Source: an uncultured Nitrospiraceae bacterium | GTDB taxonomy: Bacteria; Nitrospirota; Thermodesulfovibrionia; Thermodesulfovibrionales; UBA6898 | DNA: 64,000 bases | Assembly: GCA_963811165.1 (NCBI GenBank) | Contig: CAWEQH010000010.1 | Location: forward strand, 736,001-800,000 | Direction of reading: 5' to 3' | In this document: positions 33,025 through 44,446 of the stretch, in pieces | How the letters are laid out: the number at the start of each line of letters is the position of its first letter | Position numbering within the stretch: the stretch's first letter is position 1 | Notes under the pieces: generated by a model | Told to the model about the DNA's origin: nothing | Seen by the model: the letters and a program-made list of their open reading frames with translations, nothing else | Databases searched by the model: none | Position numbers and translations under genes: made by a program

Positions 33025-33480
33025 TCACCCTTCGCCCTCAGCGAGGCCCTTCAACTTCAGAAGATATTTCTTCATGCGAGGTCTAAAGAGATATTGCGAA
33101 AGGAAGATCAGGCCCCCTGTCAAGAAATTCGTCCGATATTTATACAAGACGATGCGCTGTTTGAGCAATGTACCCCTGGTGGACGATGAAAGTTCATATG
33201 CCTCCTGCAGATAGCCGCTCACGGGCATATCGCCGCCCGTCAGATGAATGACGAGCCTCGTGGGTTTTTCAAACTCCAGCACCTCCGCCAGATAGTTGCT
33301 CTCTCTGCCGCGAAACTCGTACCTGACCCTCCACCGCGAGCCGGCCGTCCACTCACCCGCAGACACGGGTACGATCGCCTTGATCCCGCCGTGCCACTTC
33401 CTCACCTTTTGCGGATCGGAAATATAAGACCATACCTCCTCGGGAGGGGCGGCGATGTCGCTGCGGAATACGATGATCAC
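33025..33480 (-). CDS. SRPBCC (polyketide cyclase-like) family protein
   Basis: IAAPPEEVWSYISDP...W...LKLKGLAE pattern. Confidence 0.8.
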   Translation of the reverse strand: MIIVFRSDIAAPPEEVWSYISDPQKVRKWHGGIKAIVPVSAGEWTAGSRWRVRYEFRGRESNYLAEVLEFEKPTRLVIHLTGGDMPVSGYLQEAYELSSSTRGTLLKQRIVLYKYRTNFLTGGLIFLSQYLFRPRMKKYLLKLKGLAEGEG

Positions 33481-33488
33481 GCCTCCTC

Positions 33489-34256
33489 TTATCCCTTCCT
33501 TTCAAACACCTTCCCGCCGATAACTACAAAGATCAGCGCCGCGGCGAGGATGACGAGCACATCCAGCACAAACGGAAAGTCCGGACTCATCGGGCCTTTT
33601 TCAAGCGGGAAGGTCAGATGCTTAAGCGCATCCACGCCGAAGGTAAGCGGGTTGATCTTCGTAACGAGCTGAAGCATGGGAGGCATGAGTTTTACCGGAT
33701 ACATCGCGCCTGAGAGGAAGAACATCGGCATCACGATAAAGTTCATGATAACGCTGAAGCTTTCGTAATTTTCGTATAAGGACGCCAGCACAATGCCGAA
33801 GGAGGCCAGGGCAAAGGCCAGGATGGCGCAGACGAAAATAATGCCCGCGATTTCGAGCGGCCCAATCCTGAGGCCCAGAAAAGGGAAAAAAGCGAGGATG
33901 ATCACCGCCTGTATCGTCGAGATGATCATGCCGCTCATCGCCTTCCCTACCACGACAGAAAACCTCGATATGGGCGCAACGAGTATCTCCTTCATAAATC
34001 CGAATTCCTTGTCCCATATGATCGATATCGAAGAAAAGATCGAGCTGAATAGGATCGTCATGCCGAGTATGCCGGGGAAGATGAATTGTATGTAAGAGAC
34101 CCCTCTGCCCGCAGGCACAAGCCTCGACATGCCGCCTCCGACGAGGAAGAGCCAGACAAGGGGCCTTGCGATCGTCGATATGAGGCGGCTCTTCTCCCTG
34201 ATGAATTTTTTAAACTCCCGCGCAACGATCACGTAGACGGCGTTAGCTTCTATCAT
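33489..34256 (-). CDS. ABC-2 exporter permease
   Basis: DKEFGFMKEILVAP, PMFFLSGAMYP, NPLTFGVD. Confidence 0.92.
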   Translation of the reverse strand: MIEANAVYVIVAREFKKFIREKSRLISTIARPLVWLFLVGGGMSRLVPAGRGVSYIQFIFPGILGMTILFSSIFSSISIIWDKEFGFMKEILVAPISRFSVVVGKAMSGMIISTIQAVIILAFFPFLGLRIGPLEIAGIIFVCAILAFALASFGIVLASLYENYESFSVIMNFIVMPMFFLSGAMYPVKLMPPMLQLVTKINPLTFGVDALKHLTFPLEKGPMSPDFPFVLDVLVILAAALIFVVIGGKVFERKG

Positions 34257-35229
34257 GCCGCCTCCTGTATGAACGGACCGCCTCTTTGATGTCGTCTCCC
34301 GGGGAGACCGTCTCCTCCCTTATCTCCTTGCCCGTAAGCTTCAGGAATACGTCATTAAGCGTAGGCCTCTGCATCCTCACCGACAGGACCTGCTCGCCTA
34401 TTTCGCGTATGATCTCCGGGATACACGCCTCGCCCTTGAGCACCGATATGAAGATCTCACCGTCTTTTTCGGACGCCTCAATGCCGAAAAGGCCCCTTAT
34501 CTCCTCCATCGCCTTTTTGTTGTCGGCGGTCTTCAGGTATATCACGTCTCCGCCTATTATCTTCTTTAGCTCACGGGGCGTGCCCGATGCGATTATCCTG
34601 CCTTTATCGATGATGGCTATCTTGTCGCAGACCTCCGCCTCCTCCATATAATGGGTGGTCATGAAGATCGTCACGTTGTGCTTCCTCGGGAGGTCGGTAA
34701 TGAATTCCCATAGGCTCTGCCTGCTTTGCGGGTCGAGGCCGAGCGTCGGCTCATCAAGAAAAAGCACCTTCGGCCTGTGTATGAGTCCCCTGGCAACTTC
34801 GAGTCTGCGTTTCATGCCCCCGGAAAAAGTCTTTATGAGGTTGTTGGCCCTGTCCTGAAGCCCTGCAAACGCAAGGGCGTCCTCCACCCGCTTTTTCCTT
34901 TCGGTCTTCGGCACGTCGTAGAGATGCGCATGGAACATAAGGTTTTCTCTTGCCGTCAGGTCCTTGTCAAGGGAGCTGTCCTGAAAGACGATGCCGATCG
35001 ACCTTCGCACGGCGGCAGATTCCGAATAGCAGTTGTGACCGTCCAGGGAGGCCGTGCCTGACGTAGGCGCCAGCAGGGTACAGAGTATGTTGATCGTGGT
35101 TGTTTTCCCCGCGCCGTTTGGCCCGAGGAAGCCGAAGATGGTGTTCTGCTCGACCTCAAAGGAAATGCCGCCCACCGCCGTGATCGCACCGAATTTCTTG
35201 ACGAGGTCTTCTACCTTTATAATCTGCAT
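34243..35229 (-). CDS. ABC exporter ATP-binding protein (DrrA-like)
   Basis: GPNGAGKTT, FSGGM, FLDEPT, TTHYMEEA. Confidence 0.95.
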   Translation of the reverse strand: MQIIKVEDLVKKFGAITAVGGISFEVEQNTIFGFLGPNGAGKTTTINILCTLLAPTSGTASLDGHNCYSESAAVRRSIGIVFQDSSLDKDLTARENLMFHAHLYDVPKTERKKRVEDALAFAGLQDRANNLIKTFSGGMKRRLEVARGLIHRPKVLFLDEPTLGLDPQSRQSLWEFITDLPRKHNVTIFMTTHYMEEAEVCDKIAIIDKGRIIASGTPRELKKIIGGDVIYLKTADNKKAMEEIRGLFGIEASEKDGEIFISVLKGEACIPEIIREIGEQVLSVRMQRPTLNDVFLKLTGKEIREETVSPGDDIKEAVRSYRRRHDRS

Positions 35230-35322
35230 AGAAAAGTTTAGCAGATTCTGAGAAAGATGGGGAAGATAGTATGGCCTCAGCTGGGGATAAAGTTTCTACC
35301 CGCAAGAAACATACTGTCGGGA

Positions 35323-36267
35323 CTATACCTTCCCTCTATTAGCCATTTCACGCAAGCCCGTGATGTCGCGAAGCGGCGAGTCACCAAACAAGCGGCTGTA
35401 CTCCCGGCTGAATTGGGAGGGGCTTTCATAGCCGACCTGAAACGCCGCCGTGGCCGCATCCTGATTTTCGGCGAGCATCAACCGCCGCGCTTCGTTCAGA
35501 CGCAACCATTTTTGGTATTGCAGCGGGCTCATTGCCGTCACCGCCCGGAAGTGATGGTGGAAGGTCGATGTACTCATATGGACTTGCGTTGCGAGGTGAT
35601 CGATACGCAACGGCTGTGTGAAGTTACCCTTCAACCAATCGACTGCACGCGCAATCTGTTGACTCTGACTTCCCGCCGACGCCATCTGGCGCAGACGCGT
35701 ACCTTGATCGCCCACAAGTAAACGGTAAAATATTTCCCGCTGGATGATCGGCGCAAGGATCGGGATGTCCTTCGGTTCATCAAGCAGGTCGATCAAACGT
35801 TGAAAGGCGGCGAGCAGCGGAAATGTAACCTCGCCGGTCGCCATTCCACGGCTCGTTTGCTGCGGACGGGGGGGAGGCAGATTGCTGTCCACCATCAGTT
35901 GTGAAATCTCGCGCTGATCAAGTTTCAAGATGAGCCCCAGGAAGGGCTTCTCCCGGCTTGCTTCGATGATCTGCACAACTGTGGGCAGATCCACGGACGT
36001 GATTAAAAAGTTGTGTAGGTCATAAACATACGTGTCGTCTCCGAGCAGCACGCGTTTTGCACCTTGTGTGGTCAAGCAAATACTTGGCTCGTACATGGCG
36101 CTAGACGGCTGAGTCGGTTCATCCCGCCGAAAAAGTGACAAGCCCGGAATCGCGGTCATGATCCGGTCTGGTTTATCAGTCCATCGGGCAATGCTCTTTG
36201 CCAAAGCCTCAATCGCAACATTCAGGCTGTTATTCTCAATTGTCTGATTCTTGGCCAGCTTATGCAT
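35323..36267 (-). CDS. AraC family regulator (YqhC-like)
   Basis: YEPSIC, QREIFYRLL, SPLQYQKWLRL, VGYESPSQFSREY. Confidence 0.94.
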   Translation of the reverse strand: MHKLAKNQTIENNSLNVAIEALAKSIARWTDKPDRIMTAIPGLSLFRRDEPTQPSSAMYEPSICLTTQGAKRVLLGDDTYVYDLHNFLITSVDLPTVVQIIEASREKPFLGLILKLDQREISQLMVDSNLPPPRPQQTSRGMATGEVTFPLLAAFQRLIDLLDEPKDIPILAPIIQREIFYRLLVGDQGTRLRQMASAGSQSQQIARAVDWLKGNFTQPLRIDHLATQVHMSTSTFHHHFRAVTAMSPLQYQKWLRLNEARRLMLAENQDAATAAFQVGYESPSQFSREYSRLFGDSPLRDITGLREMANRGKV

Positions 36268-36496
36268 TAATGCCTCCTTTTCTCAATGATACCAAGCTTT
36301 ACTTCATCGTAACAACAAATTTATCGTAAGCTCGTACGATTAGGCAAGAAATTAACAGAATTGGTCTACCTGACTTTGGTTTTTCAGAATTACAATAAAA
36401 TCATGAGCAGGGCGGCTGACGCCTCGTTAGCCACGTAGAAGGCAATATGATACTATCTGATAAGGAAACATTGCGTTTGATAACCAAGGAGGATAA

Positions 36497-37487
<991 letters not shown>

Positions 37488-37516
37488 CCGGAAGAATGTC
37501 TTTTGGTTGCTTGCCT

Positions 37517-37595
37517 GTCATCCGGGCTTGACCCGGAATCCAGCGACTTGAGAGACAAACTACTGGATTCCGGCTCAACTCACTGCCGGAATGAC
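37517..37595. repeat. REP-like nested palindromic element
   Basis: GTCATCCGGGCTTGACCCGGAATCCAG...CTGGATTCCGG...GCCGGAATGAC with terminal and internal inverted repeats. Confidence 0.75.
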
Positions 37596-37633
37596 CGGCA
37601 AAATATTGAGCTTATACATAAAAACTATTTAAC

Positions 37634-38713
37634 ATGGAGGAAAAAGCAATGACAATGAACGTACGAGGTTACGCAGCACAGTCCGCCAAGGATGCCCTGG
37701 CCCCCTATCGCTTTGAGCGTCGCGAGCCGCGAACTGACGATGTGGTTATCGAGATTCTCTATTGCGGCGTATGCCACTCGGATTTACATACGGTCCGCAA
37801 TGACTGGAGTAGTTGGTTTCCCACTACTTACCCGGTCGTGCCTGGTCATGAAATCATCGGCCGCGTGACAAGTGTCGGAAAGGATGTCAAACGCTTCAAA
37901 CAAGGCGATCATGTCGGCGTCGGTTGCATGGTCGATTCCTGCCAGCATTGTGCGTCATGCGAGCAAGGACTGGAACAGTATTGCGAGGAAACCGCGACAT
38001 TCACCTATAACCATATTGATCGCCACGATCACATGCCTACCTTCGGCGGGTATTCTGAGAAGATCGTCGTGTCGGACAAATTCGTACTGAAGATTCCTGA
38101 TGGGCTGGATCTGAAAGGGGCGGCGCCTTTATTGTGCGCAGGGATTACTACCTGGTCGCCGCTTCGCCACTGGAAAGTGGGTAAGGACAGCAAGGTGGCG
38201 GTTGTCGGCCTCGGTGGACTGGGTCATATGGCCTTGAAACTGGCAAAAGCGCTGGGCGCTAGTGTCACGCTGTTTACCCGTTCATCGGGGAAAGAGAAGG
38301 AAGCGCGGCGTTTGGGCGCCGATACAGTAGTGCTCTCCACCGACAAAGGGCAGATGGAAGCCGTAAAAGGCCGGTTCGAGCTGATAATCGATACCGTGCC
38401 CTATGTCCATGATCTCAACTACTATCTGCCGTCGCTGACGATTAACGGCACGCTGGTGTTGCTTGGGTTTCTGGGCGGGCTGGAGCCAATATTGAGCACC
38501 GTGCCGTTGGTGATGGGGCGTAGATCGGTGGCGGGGTCTGTCATTGGCGGTATCGCCGAAACCCAGGAGATGCTCGACTTTTGCGGCAAGCACGGCATCA
38601 CTTCAGATGTCGAAGTGATCAAGATCCAGGATATCAATGAAGCGTATGAACGCATGCTGAAAAGTGACGTGAAATATCGGTTTGTGATCGACATGGCGTC
38701 GCTTAAGGCCTGA
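37634..38713 (+). CDS. Zn-dependent NAD(P)H alcohol dehydrogenase/aldehyde reductase (CAD/YahK-like)
   Basis: CGVCHSD, GHE, CxxCxxC..C, APLLCAG, GLGGLG, YRFVID. Confidence 0.95.
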   Translation: MEEKAMTMNVRGYAAQSAKDALAPYRFERREPRTDDVVIEILYCGVCHSDLHTVRNDWSSWFPTTYPVVPGHEIIGRVTSVGKDVKRFKQGDHVGVGCMVDSCQHCASCEQGLEQYCEETATFTYNHIDRHDHMPTFGGYSEKIVVSDKFVLKIPDGLDLKGAAPLLCAGITTWSPLRHWKVGKDSKVAVVGLGGLGHMALKLAKALGASVTLFTRSSGKEKEARRLGADTVVLSTDKGQMEAVKGRFELIIDTVPYVHDLNYYLPSLTINGTLVLLGFLGGLEPILSTVPLVMGRRSVAGSVIGGIAETQEMLDFCGKHGITSDVEVIKIQDINEAYERMLKSDVKYRFVIDMASLKA

Positions 38714-38732
38714 TAGCGAAGGAGATAATAGA

Positions 38733-39129
38733 ATGGAGATAAAGCGAAGCGGCTCACAACCATCCGGCAAGGGGCCGGGAGAATATTTTACCGGAACAGT
38801 ACGCGTTGATCCTCTGTTCAACGCGCCCGATCCCGCGCGGGTCCTCGGCGCTCTGGTCACCTTCGAGCCCGGCTCCCGCACGGCATGGCACAGCCACCCC
38901 CTGGGCCAGACCCTGATCGTCACGGCAGGGTGCGGCCTGGTTCAGCGCTGGGGCGGCCCGATCGAGGAGATTCGGCCGGGTGACGTGGTCTGGATTGCAC
39001 CTGATGAAAAGCATTGGCACGGCGCCGCAGCCGACAACCGCCATGACGCATATCGCCATTGTGGAGCAGGCCGACGGCAAGAGCGCCGAGTGGATGGAAA
39101 AGGTGAGCGACGAACAATACCGCGGGTGA
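38733..39129 (+). pseudogene. Cupin domain protein with a +1 frameshift near 39029
   Basis: [25 protein letters not shown], then the shifted frame continues [32 protein letters not shown]. Confidence 0.85.
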
Positions 39130-39245
39130 TCTTACGCCTTTGAAATGATGTCTTATCGAAAGGTGGACAATACCCAAGGAAATACAAATTTTGCGTCGCG
39201 GTCTGGCGTCGCTCAAAGACAGACAGCGTGAAGAGGATAATGCAT

Positions 39246-39785
39246 ATGTCAAAAAAAGTATTGGTATTGTCTGCAAGTCCAAGAAAAGGCGGGAATTCCG
39301 ATCTGTTATGTGATCAGTTCATGCGCGGGGCGAAAGAAGCAGGAAACCAGGTGGAAAAAATATTTCTAAGGGACAAAAGGATCAATTATTGTATCGGATG
39401 CGGCACCTGTCAGGGCAATGGAGGCAAGTGTATTCAGAAGGATGATATGGCCGAAGTCCTCGATAGGATGATAGCTGCCGATGTGATCGTGATGGCGACA
39501 CCTGTGTACTTTTATACCATGAACGCACAGATGAAGACACTGATCGACAGGACCTGTGCCCGTTATACCGAAATCAGAAATAAGGATTTTTACTTCATCG
39601 TGGCAGCTGCCGATACCAGCAAGCGGGCGATGGGGAGGACCTTGGAGGGATTCAGGGCATTCACATCCTGTTTGAGCCGGCCAAAAGAAAAGGGGATTAT
39701 CTATGGTACCGGCGCCTGGAAGATCGGAGATATCAAAAAAAGTGATGCCATGAATAAAGCTTTTGAAATGGGTAAAACAGTATAA
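39246..39785 (+). CDS. Flavodoxin family (iron-sulfur flavoprotein-like) protein
   Basis: SPRKGGNS, CIGCGTC...C, TPVYF, MKTLIDR. Confidence 0.9.
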   Translation: MSKKVLVLSASPRKGGNSDLLCDQFMRGAKEAGNQVEKIFLRDKRINYCIGCGTCQGNGGKCIQKDDMAEVLDRMIAADVIVMATPVYFYTMNAQMKTLIDRTCARYTEIRNKDFYFIVAAADTSKRAMGRTLEGFRAFTSCLSRPKEKGIIYGTGAWKIGDIKKSDAMNKAFEMGKTV

Positions 39786-39810
39786 ACCGAAGGACTAAGA
39801 GGGTTTAAAC

Positions 39811-40557
39811 ATGAGCATAAGTGAAACAGCAAACAAAAACCATGGGGAACTGTTCCCGGATCATAAATCAACATTGAAAATAACAGATCCGGAATTGATA
39901 GAAGTATTCGACAATTTCGCTTTCGACGAAGTGCTTAGGTATGGAAACCTGGATACCAGAACAAGGCTAATGGTTATTTTGGGATCAATGATTGCAAGCC
40001 AGGCTTTAGGCGAATATAAAGTGATGCTTGGTGGTGCGCTGAATGTCGGTGTAACTCCGGTTGAAGTGAAAGAAATTGTATATCAGGCTGTACCCTATGT
40101 TGGAATTGCAAAAGTATTTGATTTTCTCCATGCCACAAATGAAATATTGGAAAGCAGGGGAATAAAGCTGCCATTAGAAGGACAATCTACCACTTCACCG
40201 GAAACACGATTTGAAAAAGGACTGGAATTACAAAAATCAATCTTTGGAGAAATGATTGATAAGATGTATAAGGAATCACCGGCAAATCAGCTTCATATTC
40301 AAAAATATTTATCTGCTAATTGTTTTGGTGATTATTTGACAAGAAAAGGATTAGACATAAAAACAAGAGAGCTTTTAACGTTTTCCATGATCTTATCTTT
40401 GGGCGGATGTGAGCCGCAGTTAAAAGGGCATATACAAGGCAATTTAAATGTCGGAAATGATAAAGAAGTATTACTTAGCACCGTTACTCAACTATTACCT
40501 TATGTAGGATATCCAAGAACATTAAATGCAATAAGATGTATAAATGAAGTAGGGTGA
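39811..40557 (+). CDS. Carboxymuconolactone decarboxylase family protein
   Basis: Two CMD repeats; PYVG, NCFGDY.TR.GLD..TRE, LPYVGYPR. Confidence 0.9.
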   Translation: MSISETANKNHGELFPDHKSTLKITDPELIEVFDNFAFDEVLRYGNLDTRTRLMVILGSMIASQALGEYKVMLGGALNVGVTPVEVKEIVYQAVPYVGIAKVFDFLHATNEILESRGIKLPLEGQSTTSPETRFEKGLELQKSIFGEMIDKMYKESPANQLHIQKYLSANCFGDYLTRKGLDIKTRELLTFSMILSLGGCEPQLKGHIQGNLNVGNDKEVLLSTVTQLLPYVGYPRTLNAIRCINEVG

Positions 40558-40945
40558 CCGTCGAACTGACAGCCGATGATTTGCACGAGGATTCTCGCGC
40601 GAAGCAAATGAGGAAACGTGACTGACCTTTCCCTCAAGGATACGCCGGAACAGAAATACGAGGTCACGCCGGCCTCGCCACGCTGGCTGTTCCGCCCTAT
40701 ATTGCATTGCTTCTTGTCGGTGCGAGTGTCTCGACCCTCGCGATACTTGCCCGATAGTGAAGCCGGATCTGCATTCGCCTAGAAGGCGTAAAGAGATAAG
40801 ATTAAGAGAGTATCCTGAAGGTCGGAGAAGTATTCTGACGCTCTCCACTTATGATGAAAATTTTTTGAAGACAGGGTTGTGTTGCAATTTTCTATCAAAT
40901 ACCTTTAAATAATTATTCGAATAAAATTCAGAACAGAAGGGAAAA

Positions 40946-42100
40946 ATGAAAAGCAGGTTCAGGATAGACAAGACGCATTACGAGATCACCGCAAAGTCGA
41001 CGATCAGGAAGGCCCTGGCGTTTCTGAAGACGACCGACCTCGAGCCGCCCTACCTTCTGATCGACACCGCCATGGTCAAGAAAAAGGTGCGCTCCATCGG
41101 CAAGAACATCAAAAATTCGAGGGTCTTTTACGCGGTCAAGGCCAACCCCGATATTGAGGTCCTGAAACTGATCGACAGTCTCGGGCTCGGGTTCGAGATC
41201 GCTTCCGAGGGGGAGCTGGCGGTCCTCACCTCGATCGGCGTCAAGCCGGCGAGGATCATCACAAGCAATCCGATAAAGTCCTTCAGGTTCCTGCGCATGC
41301 TGGCGGAATGCAACCTGCCGTATTACGCCTTCGATTCAAAAGATGAGGTCCGAAAACTGCGGGACTATGTGCCGGGCTGCAATGTATACGTCAGACTCAC
41401 GGTCCCAAACGAGGGGTCGGAATGGCCCCTGAGCAAGAAGTTCGCCGTTGAACTTGATGAGGCGGAGGAATTGCTCCTCTATGCAAAGAAGAAGGGGCTG
41501 AACCCCGCCGGCATCACCTTCCACGTCGGCTCCCAGTGCACCAACATCTACAACTGGAATTCCGCCCTCGACAAGGCCAAGATACTCTGGGACAGGATGG
41601 AGGAGAGGGGGATACGTCTTTCGGTACTGAACATCGGCGGAGGCTATCCGATACGCTATACAAAGAGCGTCGTGGATATCCCTTCGATCGACAAGAACGT
41701 CAACAGTCTCATCTACGAGAAATTTCCGAGAAATATGAAGGTCTTCATCGAACCCGGCAGGGCCGTCGTCGGGGATGCGGGCATCTTCGTATCGAGGGTC
41801 ACGGGAAAGGCCCGGCGGGGTGACGATGAGTGGCTGTACATCGACGTAGGGGTGTTCAACGGCCTCATGGAGAGCGTAGGAGGGATCAAGTACAAATATA
41901 TCGTCGAAGGGTACAGCCAGGTGAAGAAATGGACCCTTGCGGGGCCGAGCTGCGACAGCTTCGACGTAATCGACAAAGATATCCTTTTGCCGGACGCGCC
42001 TATAGGCGGAAGGGTACTGATCCTTTCAAGCGGGGCATATACGATTTCCTATGCCTCGGAGTTCAACGGCTTTTCGATACCGAAAACTATTCTGATTTAG
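40946..42100 (+). CDS. Ornithine/lysine decarboxylase (fold-type III PLP enzyme)
   Basis: FYAVKANP, FHVGSQ, LNIGGG, IEPGR, GPSCDSFD, GAYT. Confidence 0.92.
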   Translation: MKSRFRIDKTHYEITAKSTIRKALAFLKTTDLEPPYLLIDTAMVKKKVRSIGKNIKNSRVFYAVKANPDIEVLKLIDSLGLGFEIASEGELAVLTSIGVKPARIITSNPIKSFRFLRMLAECNLPYYAFDSKDEVRKLRDYVPGCNVYVRLTVPNEGSEWPLSKKFAVELDEAEELLLYAKKKGLNPAGITFHVGSQCTNIYNWNSALDKAKILWDRMEERGIRLSVLNIGGGYPIRYTKSVVDIPSIDKNVNSLIYEKFPRNMKVFIEPGRAVVGDAGIFVSRVTGKARRGDDEWLYIDVGVFNGLMESVGGIKYKYIVEGYSQVKKWTLAGPSCDSFDVIDKDILLPDAPIGGRVLILSSGAYTISYASEFNGFSIPKTILI

Positions 42101-42109
42101 GAGGCGCCG

Positions 42110-42946
42110 ATGGTAAAGTTTATCGAGAAGGACCCCTACGCACCCATTCAATATTCCTACGAAGTGTCCGAGATCCTCTATCACAAAAAAAGCAAATTCC
42201 AGGATATCATGGTCTTCGAAAACCCTTTCTTCGGAAAGGTGCTGGTGCTAGACGGGGTCGTACAGATCACGGAGAGGGACGAATTCTTCTATCACGAGAT
42301 GCTCGTCCATGTCGTCCTGAACTCCCACCCCAACCCCAGAAAGGTCGTCGTGATCGGCGGGGGCGACGGCGGCACGGTGCGCGAAGTCTTGAAACATCGG
42401 TCCGTAGAAAAGGTCTTTTTTATCGAGATAGACAAAGAGGTCATCGATGTCTCGAAAAAATTCTTCCCTTCGGTCGCAAACGGCGTCAGGGACAGACGCG
42501 TCGAGATCAAATGCATGGACGGCGCCGAGTTCGTCAGGGGCCGGCGCTCCGATATCGACGCGGTCATCGTCGATTCCACCGACATAGTGGGTTTTGCAAA
42601 GAGCCTCTTTACCAGGAATTTCTTCCGGACGATCAATAATTGCCTTACGCAAGACGGCATGTTCGTGACGCTTTCGGAGTCGCTGCACTTCCACAAGGAC
42701 ATGGTCGTAGCGGTCCAAAAGACGATGAAGTCCGCGTTCCCGGTCGTTGACCTCTACACCGCGCCGATAGCGACCTACGCGGGGAACTGGTGGTCCTTTT
42801 CGGTAGGGTCGAAAAAGTTCGATCCGAGGGAGATACGGCGCAAGGACAAGATCAGAACAAAATACTACGGCCCTGAGATACACCGGTCCGCTTTTTTGCC
42901 CAAGGACATGTACGCCAAACTGCTCACGGGAAAACTCGGTTGGTAA
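42110..42946 (+). CDS. speE: Polyamine aminopropyltransferase (spermidine synthase)
   Basis: LVLDG..Q.TERDEFFYHEM, IGGGDGG, IVDSTD. Confidence 0.95.
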   Translation: MVKFIEKDPYAPIQYSYEVSEILYHKKSKFQDIMVFENPFFGKVLVLDGVVQITERDEFFYHEMLVHVVLNSHPNPRKVVVIGGGDGGTVREVLKHRSVEKVFFIEIDKEVIDVSKKFFPSVANGVRDRRVEIKCMDGAEFVRGRRSDIDAVIVDSTDIVGFAKSLFTRNFFRTINNCLTQDGMFVTLSESLHFHKDMVVAVQKTMKSAFPVVDLYTAPIATYAGNWWSFSVGSKKFDPREIRRKDKIRTKYYGPEIHRSAFLPKDMYAKLLTGKLGW

Positions 42947-42974
42947 ATGATCGGCCATTGACCGCAGGATACGC

Positions 42975-43748
42975 ATGATCCCTTATCCAAATATAGACCC
43001 GGTGATAGTCAGGATAGGTCCTCTTGCCTTCAGATGGTACGGGGTAATGTACCTGATCGGGTTCGCATCGTCCTATCTCCTGGTGCGCCTGCAGATAAAA
43101 AAGAAGGGGCTCGACTTCGGACAGGATTTCGTCGACTCCCTCTATTCCTATCTCATACTCGGCCTGCTTCTGGGCGCGAGGCTGGGATATGTGGTCTTCT
43201 ACGACCTGTCTGAATACATGAGACACCCCCTTGAGATATTCGCCCTTTGGCACGGGGGCATGTCCTTTCATGGGGGCCTCATCGGCAGCATTGTGTCCGG
43301 CATATTCTTCTGCAAAAAATCCAGGGCGGATTACTGGCAGGTCGCCGACCTGGTCGCCGTCACCGCGCCTATAGGGCTCGGCTTCGGGCGGCTCGGGAAT
43401 TTCATTAACGGCGAGCTTTACGGAAGGGTCACGGCTGTGCCCTGGGCAATGGTATTTCCCGGCGGCGGGCCTTTGCCGCGGCACCCTTCCCAGCTTTATG
43501 AGTTTTTCCTTGAAGGCGTCGTTCTTTTCACGGTCCTCTGGCTGCTCAAAGACAGGATTTCAAGGTCGGGTATCCTCACGGCGCTTTTCCTTACACTTTA
43601 CGGGATATTCCGGTTTGTCCTTGAGTTCTTTAGAGAACCGGACGTCCAGCTAGGTTATATATTAGGCCCGTTCACCATGGGGCAGTTATTGTCGGCATCG
43701 ATGGTCGCTGCCGGGGTGCTCCTTCTTTTTATCAGGAAAAACCGCTGA
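42975..43748 (+). CDS. lgt: Prolipoprotein diacylglyceryl transferase
   Basis: RWYG, GGMSFHGG, GRLGNFINGELYGR, RHPSQLYE, EFFREPD. Confidence 0.97.
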   Translation: MIPYPNIDPVIVRIGPLAFRWYGVMYLIGFASSYLLVRLQIKKKGLDFGQDFVDSLYSYLILGLLLGARLGYVVFYDLSEYMRHPLEIFALWHGGMSFHGGLIGSIVSGIFFCKKSRADYWQVADLVAVTAPIGLGFGRLGNFINGELYGRVTAVPWAMVFPGGGPLPRHPSQLYEFFLEGVVLFTVLWLLKDRISRSGILTALFLTLYGIFRFVLEFFREPDVQLGYILGPFTMGQLLSASMVAAGVLLLFIRKNR

Positions 43749-43849
43749 TCTCTTCCACTTCCCAACAAAAGCATTCGCACGTTGCCATACTTTGAGTGAC
43801 CACTTTGCAATGGACAGATAGACTTTCTCAAGACTAAAGGGGCGGTGTC

Positions 43850-44154
43850 ATGAAGAAAGCTTTTCCGTTGTCTAAGGTCTATAGCCTGCAAGGTCGGCAA
43901 GTTCGAAGCCTTTCGTCTCACGCCCGCGGCCGCATCCTGCGTCAAAGCCCCCCTTCATTGATGAATGCTATGCCAATCTTGAGTGCAAGGTCGTCGATGC
44001 GCGCATGGTGACAAAATATAATTTCTTCATTCTCGAAGTACTCAAGGCATGGATCGACCCCTCAAAATAAGACCCGCAGACGATACATCATCTCGGCAGA
44101 GGCGCTTTCATGGTTGCCGGCGCGACGATTAAGTTACCTTCAAAGATGAAATAG
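43850..44154 (+). pseudogene. Flavin reductase family remnant
   Basis: MKKAFPLSKVYSL, then an apparent internal deletion, ...ECYANLECKVVD...YNFFILEVLKAWIDPSK*DPQTIHHLGRGAFMVAG..IKLPSKMK*. Confidence 0.75.
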
Positions 44155-44446
44155 CTTCACCTGATACTGCGCAATACTCCGTGAGATTAATTTATCTCAA
44201 TTACCAAAGAAAACGAGCGGTGGGTCATTTTCCTTATAGGTCGTTATCTGATCCACCGACTACTTCTTACTAGCGCCATTTTGATAGGGCAGCAATTATC
44301 GCTCGAAACCCGAGGTCTCATCGATGGCGGCTGTTAGCACGGTACATATCGAAATACTCATCTGACTTGATCAGCGGAGATTGATGATTGCAGAAAGGTA
44401 GTGCCATATATTCACCATATGCTGCCTTGAAGTATTAAATATTTAT

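Noticed and set aside
40560..40940. Possible gene fragment or ncRNA after the CMD gene
   Set aside because: No credible start, motif or structure recognised.
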